Source of the DNA: Octopus bimaculoides
Taxonomy: Eukaryota
DNA length: 64,000 bases
Direction: 5' to 3'
NCBI RefSeq assembly: GCF_001194135.2
Contig: NC_068992.1
Location: 19,204,702-19,268,701 of the forward strand
Position 1 is the first letter of the stretch. Each line of letters starts with the position of its first letter. Shown piece by piece: positions 13,706 through 25,747 of the stretch. The translations under genes and the position numbers were made by a program. Under the pieces are notes generated by a model, which was not told where the DNA came from, made no database searches, and saw nothing but the letters and a program-made list of their open reading frames with translations.

Positions 13706-14950
13706 CTCTTTCTACTTAAAATTACTGGCCATGAGCTAAACTTAGAAAAATATATTATCATTATCATTATTATTCATATTTTGAAAAATGCATCACTCGT
13801 TCTTTATTCTTGGGGTAGTAACATACTATAACTGGGAAAGCAATCTTAGATTTGTTTAACGAAATCTTTCAGCTTTAAAAACCGTATTCAATTGAAATCA
13901 TCTGTAGAGGCAACTAGGGTTAATAAGATTGTTCCCTGTTAACATCAATGTGGAGTGTTAAAAAAATTGATTAAAAGGTATGATTAGAGCTAACACAGTT
14001 CTCAATAAATGTGTGAAAATGCTTTAACAATGTTTACAGGCCCCTGTAACGCTATTTTCTGGAATATGTCTATAACTATTCTTACACTAAATTTCTCAGT
14101 ATAAAGAGCTACGTGTCACTCTCATTCTGTCATGTTATAACATCACGGAATGAGAAAATAAGGTACATACAATGCAACCAAACAACTAGAAACAACAAAA
14201 GTAAGAAAAGAAAATCAAAGCGTTTACGTAGCACAACCCAAATTTCAAACAGCTAATGATTTTTTTTATACATTTAAAAATTTTTTTTATATACATTATT
14301 TGCTGATATTACCCTAGGATTAACCAGCTTGATAGTTTTCGATTAAAGTCAATCACTGTGACTTCAGGAAAACAAATGACGTCTTAATGCAATTAACCAT
14401 GCAATTAACTTTTTTCTGATAAGAACACCAGCTTCGTCTGTAGCACGTCTTCGCTCTTATGGAACTGTGTCCGCAACACAGGAAAAGCACAAAGCCTTGA
14501 AAGAGTCAGTTGCAAGTGATGTGCTATGGGTGGTTATTATGACGATTATAACGATTATGACGATGACACAGCTAAACCAAGGAGCTGCTAGAATCATACG
14601 ACTACGGCTACCGTCATATCTAATCCCATATCTAATACAAAGTTTGAACTATAAATTTTGGCGTAAAAAATCTCTTATTTTTTAGTCAGTAATGACAATT
14701 ACGCAGTTCGGTGAGGATAACAATAAACTTTTCAACATTCAAAACTCATCAGAGTTTCTGTTTGTTTTCATCGATACCAACTCGGCTAGAGGATCAAACT
14801 GACACAACCCTAACATCAGAAATAATCTTAACGTTATATACACACACGCACAAACGCGCCCGCGTGCACACACACACGCACGAACGCATATGCGTACACG
14901 CTTATGCACACACCCACGCATACACACAAAGGTGCACGCATACACACAAA

Positions 14951-15172
14951 GGTGGCAGAAACGTTAGCACGCCGGGCGAAATGCTTAACGGTATTTCGTC
15001 TGCCGCTACATTCTGAGTTCAAATTCCGCCGAGGTCGACTTTGCCTTTCATCCTTTCGGGGTCGATTAAATAAGTACCAGTTATGCACTGGGTCGACATA
15101 ATCGATTTAATCCGTTTGTCTGTCCTTGTTTGTCCCCTCTGTGTGTGGCCCCTTGTGGGTAGTAAAGAAATA
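14951..15172 (+). mobile_element. tRNA-headed SINE family S2 (Meta/MESC-like core)
   Basis: GGCAGAAACGTTAGCACGCCGGGCG..GAGTTCAAATTCC (B-box)..GACTTTGCCTTTCATCCTTTCGGGGTCGAT..AAGTACCAG. The core-domain name is from recollection. Confidence 0.9.
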
Positions 15173-15217
15173 ACACGTACACATACACACAAACACATAC
15201 ACACAAACACATATGTA

Positions 15218-15397
15218 TACGAGGGAGTTAAGGTTCGTAGCTTTAAGTTCCTAGATTTTAGGGTATCGCCAAAGGCTTGATTGGAGGCCCAACCTTCGCA
15301 GTTCTTTTATAGGGCTTAGAAAACTAAAGAGCTGCTGCAAAAATTGCGAGAATCTGAGAAGGAAATATGTTAAATAAAACCATAATTAACCGATCCC

Positions 15398-15398
<1 letters not shown>
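15218..15398 (+). mobile_element. Mariner-derived MITE fragment
   Basis: Starts TA-CGAGGG; the internal frame GLRKLKSCCKNCENLRRKYVK* resembles the mariner transposase C-terminus (GI.KL..RW.KC...G.YVE). Confidence 0.65.
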
Positions 15399-15459
<61 letters not shown>

Positions 15460-15491
15460 CTCCTCCTCTCTCTCTCTCTCCCCTCTCTCTC

Positions 15492-15695
15492 TTACTCATT
15501 TACTTGTTTCGGTCATTTGACTGCGGCCATGCTGGAACACCGCCTTTTAGTCGAGCAAATCGACCCTGTGACTTATTCTTTGGAAGCCTAGTACTTATTC
15601 TCTCGGTCTCTTTTGCCGGACAACTAATTGACGGGGACGTAAACACAACAACATCGGTTGTCAAGCAATGCTAGTGGGACAAACACAGACACACC

Positions 15696-15771
<76 letters not shown>

Positions 15772-15851
15772 CGAGGGTTTTTTTCAGTTTCCGTCTACCA
15801 AATCCACTCACAAGGCTATGGTCTGCCCGAAGCTATAGTAGAAGACACTTG
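15492..15851 (-). mobile_element. SINE family S1 lacking its tRNA head
   Basis: Colinear with 9140-9559 up to gctatagtagaagacacttg, then diverges. Confidence 0.9.
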
Positions 15852-16244
15852 GGCTGTCGACACGTGTGTAAATAATGATACATTAGAGTTACCTTGACAA
15901 CAAACAATTTCGACTTCCGCTGTGAAGACACTGGACTCATTTCATTGCTTTTTTTCTTCATCATTTATTTTTCGAATTGAGTAAATGTTATTTGTACGTT
16001 ATTAGCCCCCAAAGTATATAAAAAGCGTGTTTCTGGAAAATGTTAAAAATTGAGAAAAATATGATTGGTTGAAAGAAAATGAAGGAGATTCAGAACCAAA
16101 CAAATCCTTAGAACTGTTAGAGAATTATTATCAACGAATCAGAGTTAGAATCAGAACACAAACAAAATATGTATATGAGTAAGAATTAAGAAGACGACAT
16201 TGAAATGGTAAAAACCATGAACATGAAATGGTAGAATTAAAAGC

Positions 16245-16555
16245 AATGGTTTGCCTGCTTAATTCGCTCGCTTCGCAACCATGTGGTTTCGGGTTGAATC
16301 TTCCGCATCAGCCCTTTCAGAAAGTGTCTTCTACTATGGCCCAACACTGACCAATGCCTTGTGAGAGAGTTTGGCACACGTACTTGAGTTTGTTCCAACC
16401 ACCGCTTAACACACGTTTGTTGGTTTACGTCGTGGTAACTTAATGGTTTGGCAAAGACAGCGATATAGTAATTACTCTATTAAAAAAGGTGCCGAGCTTC
16501 AAGACGGTGCTACAGCATGGCCGCAGTCTAGTGACAGAAGCAACTAAAATATAGA
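16245..16555 (+). mobile_element. Degraded SINE family S1
   Basis: accatgtggtttcgggttgaatc..aagtgtcttctactatggcc..ctgaccaatgccttgtgag..acagcatggccgcagtctagtgacagaagcaactaaaa. Confidence 0.75.
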
Positions 16556-17489
16556 ATAATATATCGCCCTATGGGACAGCTAAACTATCTCCCTGCAACA
16601 ACAAGGGACATTGCGATACGACCAGCAAAAAGAAATTAAAATAAGCAGCAATGACAGAAGTTATAAATGAATCTAAATTAAATAGTCTACCAGATGTACA
16701 CATACGGAGATATCAAACCCACGTAAACACTGAAATATGATAAAGCGAAAGACAAAATAGATATAAATATTTTTTTAATACTTAATGAAATCAATACCGA
16801 AATAACAAAAGGAGGTGAGCAGAAAGAAAACAACAACAAATGAAGTTAATTCAAACAAGAGACTTTCGCAAAATCGGTTTTAATCTGCTAATGATAACAA
16901 TTCTTTGAACAAAACAAACAGTTTGACTCCAACCCAAAATAATTTTATCTAGAACGAAGCAAAATATATGATAGGAATCAATGCAGTATCAACATAAAGA
17001 AATGTAGAATAATTCTGAAGAGAAATATGAACAGTAAAGAAATGAATACCGATTAAATTGTTCAAAACAACAAATGAGCTTCAACAAACCTGAAAAGCCA
17101 CAACAACAAATGTAGCCCAGACGCTTCACTAAAAGAAATCCTCGAAAACTAGGAAGTGCCAATATAAATTCAGAAGGTTCTAGTGAACATATTTACAAGT
17201 TAAGAATAATGTATCAAAATTTTAAGTATAACAGAAGGATTATCTTACCGTGGATTACCGAAAGATTACTTTACCGTGTACTCTATGTCAGTAATATTTT
17301 AATGTTTTGTTACAGATGCCGATACATCATTTATTGTAACATGTATTTCACGCATGAGCAATATTGCGTGGTGAAACTTGCTCGGTTTTTATTTATCACC
17401 AACATGAACACAACTACTTAGTAGATGTAGTCGAAAATAATAACGGTATAATACTGAATGTTCTTTAGATTATATACATGAACGTTATG

Positions 17490-18585
17490 ATAGAGCAGAT
17501 CCAAAATATTCCCTAAAGTAAGTTTGAATGACCTATTGAGTTCGTTAGAACTATCAAATACAGCGCAGTGCTTCTCATTCCTCCTTTGAAAAATTCATAG
17601 TTACTTGAATTGCGAACAACAGCGAGATTCAACAAAAAGCGAAGTTTTGATTTAGCAGTTTATTTCCAGGTGGTTGGTCTTCTCTGCTATTATCGTGACA
17701 TTAATGGATTTTTGCAAGTTTATCTAACCGTCATTTTGAAAGCGAATGGTGACATTTTATAGATTCTTCTATGCGAACTTAAAGCTGTTTTATTGCATGA
17801 TGGAAATTTAAAACTATCTATCCCCATCGCTCGTTCAGTGTATTTAAAAGTATCATCTGTTAACATGAATATCCTTTTTAATGTAATTCAATACAACAAT
17901 AACCAATACAATCATTGTGGAATTCTTAAAATAATTGATAAAACTGAAATAGTTTTCAAGTGTGGTTCATCAACAATTGTTGCTTTGTCTGTGGGACAAC
18001 TGCTCTATTACAGAGTATCATAACAATAATAAAAGTATGGCCCGCCAGATCTTTTAACAGTACTACGCGAAATAGCATTTAATTAGATATATTAGTTGTT
18101 CTGAATTAAATATTTCACCACTTTAAACTTCGTTTAAAGAAAATGTTTGGTTTAGATGACGACTAAAATGACTATAGAGGGTTTGAATTTCTGTCAGAAA
18201 TATTTCCGAAAATACGCCCTGCAACAATTAAAGAAATTTATAGGACTTCAATTTCGAGTGGTATTAAACGACAGAGCGAAACACACACACTATTTAAGTT
18301 AAAAGCTTGGCATAGTACCAAATAGAGTCTACTATAAGTCGAAAGGAATTGCAGGTATTTTTCTTCTGAAATTGTAGTTAAGAAAATTGCCGTGGCTTTC
18401 AGACTTATATTTTGTATCATGTTTCCTCTTTTAGCTTCCATACATTTTTATGCAGAAATCTTGAAGTAGTTATAGAGTGAAGATCTACTTCATAATAAGT
18501 AGCAAATTCATTGGTACTAATAGCCACTATCTATAACAACGGAATATTACATTTTGTTGATGATGTAGCCAGCTTCGATGTTGTA
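17490..18585 (+). mobile_element. Decayed Chapaev-like (CMC superfamily) transposase
   Basis: Across frameshifts: LNDLLSSLELS, LCYYRDINGF, EW*HFIDSSMR, LKAVLLHDGNLKLSIPIARSVYLK..NMNILF..IQY..CGILKII, CCFVC.WD, WPAR, GFEFLSEIFPKIRPATIKE, FIGLQFR, AWHSTK. These are colinear with the Chapaev3 motifs FIDSSKRSLKAVLLHNGN..SIPIAHSV..CGDLKV..CCFLCLWDSR..GPQIR. Confidence 0.85.
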
Positions 18586-20897
18586 TTCATCAGTAAGTTA
18601 ACCCTTTAACATGTTTCTAATTTGCTTTTATATGTGAAGTTGATTGTAAGATAGCTAAACAATAGATAATTCCACGTGCATTCCCTTTGCTGAATGTGTG
18701 TGTTCAGAACTTTTCTTAGAAAAGTAAATTTATGCTATACGGGAATTTCAATGTATGTTTTTAGGCACATTTAGAATCAAGAAGTGAGCAACTGGTTTAT
18801 AACCACATGCCTTTATATAAATGCTTGTTAAAGAAGTTCCCCATAATTTATATCAGTGAATGAAGTCTTCCTTTATTGAGTTATGAATACCTTCAGAAAT
18901 ATCTCCTCTGTCATTTTGCTATTAACAAATACCTAATGATTTTGATGGACGGTATGTATCCGATTGCAAACCTCACTGACCTCATAGATTTATAATGCTT
19001 TTAACCATAGAAATGACATGATTAAACAAAAGAAACATAAAAACAATGCCACAATATCTTGATATATGTTGCCCATACAAGATTCCAGGCTTTATTTCCT
19101 GATTAGTGTGAAATTTCTAGAAATCGAATTCCTTCACACTTAACTATTTAACTTCAGTGCACATATGGGGCGTCTATTCAACCACACAATCTTCTTAAAA
19201 GGCGTTTTCTATAAATTTCTATAATGATATATATTATCGACAATGGTATGTTTATACGTTAAAATTCTTGCGGATAATGTGACGGCTGGATGGGCGAAGA
19301 ATAATAAGATTGCATTATTGACGCCATGTTGTGTCTTTATGAAAGCACTGAAGCACTCCTGATAGTACCAGTTAGAAGCCGTTTCAAAAGAGTAATCCTT
19401 TATTCTTTACTAGCTTGAACCATTGGACTGTGACTTTGTTGGAATGTAACCTTCAAGGGATTTTACTTGGTCATAGTTAACCCAGTACAAATTATCAGTG
19501 AGAAGCTCATTTTGTTGATCCTGTATTTAGCGATTTGTTAAGTTACTATTGTGATTCAAAACTGGCTTTGATCTAATGGCAGTGTTATGTGGAAGACATA
19601 GAAACACATATGCACATATGTATGTACCTATATATATGTGTGCATATATGTATATATATATGTATATATATATATATATATATATNNNNNNNNNNNNNNN
19701 NNNNNNNNNNNNNNNNNNNNNNNNNNNNNNNNNNNNNNNNNNNNNNNNNNNNNNNNNNNNNNNNNNNNNNNNNNNNNNNNNNNNNNNNNNNNNNNNNNNN
19801 NNNNNNNNNNNNNNNNNNNNNNNNNNNNNNNNNNNNNNNNNNNNNNNNNNNNNNNNNNNNNNNNNNNNNNNNNNNNNNNNNNNNNNNNNNNNNNNNNNNN
19901 NNNNNNNNNNNNNNNNNNNNNNNNNNNNNNNNNNNNNNNNNNNNNNNNNNNNNNNNNNNNNNNNNNNNNNNNNNNNNNNNNNNNNNNNNNNNNNNNNNNN
20001 NNNNNNNNTATATATATATATATATACTTATATATATATATATATATATTAGCGTTAGTGACAGTATTAATACGGAGAAGTTATATTTATCCCCACTTCA
20101 ATAAGAAACTTTACTGCGGTAGTTACCACGAGAAAAATCCAATAAAATTCTTCTAATAGAAGATTCACGTTTAAGGGGCGGGGGAATAAATATAAGTATA
20201 ATTATTTCAGATTCTCTGGTAAAACGGTGCCACCAAAATCTAAAAATCCACCATAACTAGTGATACCAATTTTTTTTTATATCCGGTCATTTTACGAAAT
20301 ATTTGGTGTAGTATTTGGAATGGTTGGATGTGAACAAAATGGAAGGGAAGTGTGAAAGTGAAAAGGTACGTGAAATGGGTACAAATGATATGATATGTTG
20401 CTTGATAACCGCAGACAGTAAATAGCAGAAATCACCGTAGAACAGAGAGTAAAGAACGGGTCAGTTTTGTCGGTTATTTGTTAGTGCGTAGAATTTCTTT
20501 TATTAGTTTGGTCTGGAGGAATGGGCAGCACAAGCGGTCTTTGTTCTCCCGCCAGGAGTAGAAAGCATTATGCGTTTAATATTTCTCACCAATAATTGCA
20601 CATTGATGGATGCAGAAATAACATGAACAGGAAGGGAATTCCTAAGAGCCGACACCAGGTGATTGTAAGCTTGGCATTACCAGTGACAATAACGTTAACA
20701 AGAGCGAACGAGATGTGGGTATTTAGGATTTCTTATTGAATCGAACACAAATCTACCAATCAAAGATTAAAATCGACGTGACAGATAAATAGATTAAGAT
20801 ATTTGTGTCTAAGCATACACACATACAGACTGACGTATGGAAGGTGGTTACGTCCCCGTAACCTAGCGGTTCGGCAAAAGGTAATATATATATTACC

Positions 20898-21258
20898 TTT
20901 TATCTTTTACTTCTCTCAGCGATTTGACTGCGGCCATGCTGCAGCATCACCCTGAAGGGTTTTAGTCGAACATATCGACCCCAGGATTTATTTTTTTAGG
21001 TCTAGACCTAAAAACCGCTACTTTACGGGGATTTAAACACACCAACACCGGTTCTCAAGTAGTGGTGGTGGACAAATACCAAAAAAAAAGACACACTGAT
21101 AGATAAATACATATGTATACGACAGGCTTCTTTCAGTTTCTGTCTACCAAATCTTTTCGCAAGGCTTTGGTCGACCCGAGGCTATAGCAGTGGAGAATTG
21201 CTCGAGGTTCCACGCTATAGAACTGGACTAGGAACCATGTGGTTAGGAAGCAAGCTTT
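20898..21258 (-). mobile_element. Degraded SINE family S1
   Basis: gatttgactgcggccatgctgcagcatc..tcgaccccagga..tctaccaaatc..ggtcgacccgaggctatag..aaccatgtggttaggaagcaagct. A short opposite-orientation S1 fragment lies at 20847-20880. Confidence 0.85.
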
Positions 21259-22099
21259 TGGTGATTCAAGCAGATGTAGTTGGATTAGATCTTGCACACA
21301 AAGTATTCAAACATGTTCAATATATAAGTGTTAGTATGTGCGTGTGTTGGTTTCTGTGTGTGGATTAGTGAACATGCAAATACAGGATTTGAACTGGAAG
21401 ATAGATATTTCTAATAATAAAGCTATCTCTACGTTCTTTATTGGATTAGAAAATAAACGTTATACGCACCTTAATTTTCGACTAATTTACACGCCTTTAC
21501 TTTCATCTCTACACGCGCATGAAAGCACGCATACATGCATTTACTTACACGCATTAACAGTGACTCGCATTATGTAATTATAGAAAATCCGTAATACGTT
21601 TATAACAAATACTATCTTTCATTAGTTTTACAGCAATTAATTAATCAAATTTCGGTTTAAAAAATAAATATCTGAATATTTTTTGACATTCTTCTCTTCC
21701 TTTGTTTTCTTAATTTTAAATACTGTTTTTGTTTATTGTAATGTGTTCCGAAATTTAATTCAATTATATAAAATTAATTCAAAACGAATACAAGGGCGTT
21801 CTACATTACTCTCTAGTTCAGTGAAATCCTACTAGATCCAAGTGAATGTTGTATATAAACTTGTATTTTCTTGTTTAAGATAATCAGTGAGTTAGTTCGA
21901 CAGAGGAATCATAAATAATATACTTCTTTGAATTTATTTTAATTAAGCGTTAATTAATAATCGGAAATAATTTGAGAAAAATATTGTTAAATTTAATTTA
22001 TCATATAACGCTGAATTTCTTACAAACATAATCTTTAGAAACTATCCTTCCCAATATATAGAGAAATCACTTATAAAAATCTTACTTCACTTTTCTCAT

Positions 22100-22800
22100 T
22101 TTTCGAACATCTGTGAATTTGAAGAAGTATATGTGGACGGCGGTCACATCACAGGCAGGGTCTGCTTGTCATTGTTTGAAGACTTGGCGCACTTTGTCTC
22201 AACAGCTCTCAGTTTAACGACATTTCTACTTCCTCTTTAGGAAGTAGAAATGTCTCCTCTTCCTGCGAGTTTGATATGTACATATCACCTGAAGCTTCTT
22301 TTTGACTCTGAGCGTGAGTGGAGGGTTAATTCTATTCATTGAGCCTCACCCCTCGTCGCAACTGATGAAGAAGCGTAGAGGTTTTGTTATATTCTACCCA
22401 CTATCCATTTCTTTTTGCAACACTTTTAAAAATAACATTTGGTAAGACATCTAGCATTTGGTGTTTTTGCCTTGTGCTAGAAATCTTATCAATTTTAGAC
22501 CTAACCTTCAAAGAAGCATATCTCCAGAATGTTACTGTGGTAGCAAGTGTCGAGAAAGAATACCGACTCTCACATATCTATACGCCGTCCAAAGAATAGC
22601 CCTCCTACGTATATTTGAAATCCTACGTGATACGCTTTCTCTTCAATAGCACAACTCATAGTCTCACACATTTTAGAATAAAAAAAAATAGAAATATAGA
22701 TATCTGAGTGCTCCTGGTAATGTATGTTACTGTAAATCCTCGTATGTGGTCATTTCGTTGGTAACTAAACCGAAACCCGACACACACTAGTTTGGCGAGG
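22100..22800 (-). mobile_element. Possible highly decayed Chapaev-like transposase N-terminus
   Basis: A stop-riddled minus frame gives LFFGRRI..TCYHS..G(x19)LTKCYF, with spacing matching G..HLTDCYFC, followed by an acidic linker (SQEEETFLLPKEEVE) and PHILLQ. Confidence 0.35.
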
Positions 22801-23663
22801 AAAGTTACTCGAAATCCATTTGGACAAAACCAATTTTGTTTAAAGAACAATGTTCAGAACTGTCTAGGAATAGAGTGCCGGGTCATATGTAGAAATGTGA
22901 TATTGAAGAAGAATGCTTCCATACTGTATTGGTCGTAATATAACCATAGTTCTTGCTTGATAAATGCAAAATTAATTAATTATCATGATTTCTTTCGTTT
23001 GAAAGTTTTTAACGCCTAGCTTGTCATTTGTTTAATAACAGATTAAACCTATGTGTTCCTTTGGTATGATTAGAAATTAAGAAAGATGTAGAATTGCCTT
23101 TTTAATGTGTTTATACTGTATAAACTGGTAAAACAAAATATTTGACAGCGCATTATATACTAAATATTTCAGAAATATAGTATATAAAATAAATTCTTTT
23201 TTTTTCTGTATGATATCAAATGACTTACGGCATATTATGTTTTCCTTTCAAGTGTTAGTTTAATAAAAGTAAAAACAAAAACAAATAAAATGTATACTTG
23301 ATACGTGATAATGTGTATAGCACCCAGTAAATGTAATCGGTTTGAAATGAACATAGAAAATAATATATTACAAGGCTAAAATATATAACAAGAGTTGTAA
23401 ACATCTTGGATACAATAGATATAAATATATATACACGTCTTTTGATATGTGTGCCTAGATTATATTATCAGAATGATTGGACTATATCAGAATTATTGTG
23501 AGCCTGTACACGACAAATGGCTAGACAGTGTAAGAAGTAACATCCTTCTTTGAAAGGATACTATTTAAAGATTTAATATTGAATTGTAATCGTTATATAA
23601 GAGTTACCTGGAATTATATACACCTTTTAAAACTCTAGCTGCGAGTACAACTTTTGTACTCTC

Positions 23664-23712
<49 letters not shown>

Positions 23713-24586
23713 NNNNNNNNNNNNNNNNNNNNNNNNNNNNNNNNNNNNNNNNNNNNNNNNNNNNNNNNNNNNNNNNNNNNNNNNNNNNNNNNNNNNNNNN
23801 NNNNNNNNNNNNNNNNNNNNNNNNNNNNNNNNNNNNNNNNNNNNNNNNNNNNNNNNNNNNNNNNNNNNNNNNNNNNNNNNNNNNNNNNNNNNNNNNNNNN
23901 NNNNNNNNNNNNNNNNNNNNNNNNNNNNNNNNNNNNNNNNNNNNNNNNNNNNNNNNNNNNNNNNNNNNNNNNNNNNNNNNNNNNNNNNNNNNNNNNNNNN
24001 NNNNNNNNNNNNNNNNNNNNNNNNNNNNNNNNNNNNNNNNNNNNNNNNNNNNNNNNNNNNNNNNNNNNNNNNNNNNNNNNNNNNNNNNNNNNNNNNNNNN
24101 NNNNNNNNNNNNNNNNNNNNNNNNNNNNNNNNNNNNNNNNNNNNNNNNNNNNNNNNNNNNNNNNNNNNNNNNNNNNNNNNNNNNNNNNNNNNNNNNNNNN
24201 NNNNNNNNNNNNNNNNNNNNNNNNNNNNNNNNNNNNNNNNNNNNNNNNNNNNNNNNNNNNNNNNNNNNNNNNNNNNNNNNNNNNNNNNNNNNNNNNNNNN
24301 NNNNNNNNNNNNNNNNNNNNNNNNNNNNNNNNNNNNNNNNNNNNNNNNNNNNNNNNNNNNNNNNNNNNNNNNNNNNNNNNNNNNNNNNNNNNNNNNNNNN
24401 NNNNNNNNNNNNNNNNNNNNNNNNNNNNNNNNNNNNNNNNNNNNNNNNNNNNNNNNNNNNNNTTTTCTTTCTTCCCGCGATCCCTTTTTATCGAAATTAT
24501 CCCCCCCCCCAAGAAAAGCTCTACTTTGTAATTTGTCCATTTTCTGTATTTAGCCCTGTGTGGCTATAATAAAAAGATATCTATCC

Positions 24587-24649
<63 letters not shown>

Positions 24650-24878
24650 AATCTATCTATCTATTTGTCTCTCAATCTATATAGCTATATAATTACATAT
24701 ATAGTATGCACACATACACGCATATAAAGTTTTAGCTTAAATGCATACCTTAATATTTACTTATATAAATGATACTTTATGCTTTATAATTGTGGAAATT
24801 ACAAAGCTATCATAGAAAAGACTCGATTATACATACTTGCATACAATACATATATACATACACACAAACATATAAATG

Positions 24879-24910
<32 letters not shown>

Positions 24911-25696
24911 CATATACACATTCATATACGTACACATCCATATATCTACCTACATACACACACGCGTGCACTTAAATATTATTTCATTTAAAATTATTGA
25001 AAATTATTTTTCGACTGGGGAAATGTGACTATTCTGTATTTTCGTGACTTATCAAGAAAAATGAGTTTCCTGCATAAAGGAAAAATCTTCGATGCATGCA
25101 GCGTGAGAATTAATCCCAACGCATAAGACCTTTAAATAGTAGCATCCTCTTATTTACTCCATACAAAATAGTATATAGTAGATACTAAGGTACTTAACAT
25201 AACTTTTATAATAACGAGAAAAGAATTGAAAAAAAGAAAAATGTACGATAAGAATATGAGAAAAAATGCGCGCTTTTCCTGATTAATTTTAAGCCAGTTA
25301 CATAAAGGAAATGGAAGATACCGTGATTCATTTTCTGCTCATAGTCAATCATAAAATTGAGAACATTTACGCGTCTATACATACATACATACATACATAT
25401 TTACATACCGAGATACATGCATACATACATACACCCCACACATATATTGTACATATATTGGTGTAAACATATATATATGTTCATATTTTGGTGTATATAT
25501 ATATATNNNNNNNNNNNNNNNNNNNNNNNNNNNNNNNNNNNNNNNNNNNNNNNNNNNNNNNNNNNNNNNNNNNNNNNNNNNNNNNNNNNNNNNNNNNNNN
25601 NNNNNNNNNNNNNNNNNNNNNNNNNNNNNNNNNNNNNNNNNNNNNNNNNNNNNNNNNNNNNNNNNNNNNNNNNNNNNNNNNNNNNNNNNNNNNNNN

Positions 25697-25747
<51 letters not shown>

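Noticed and set aside
18598-18612. piggyBac element end (TTAACCCTTT; also GGGTTAA near 5385 and 13920)
   Set aside because: Short motifs with no matching partner terminus or transposase sequence.
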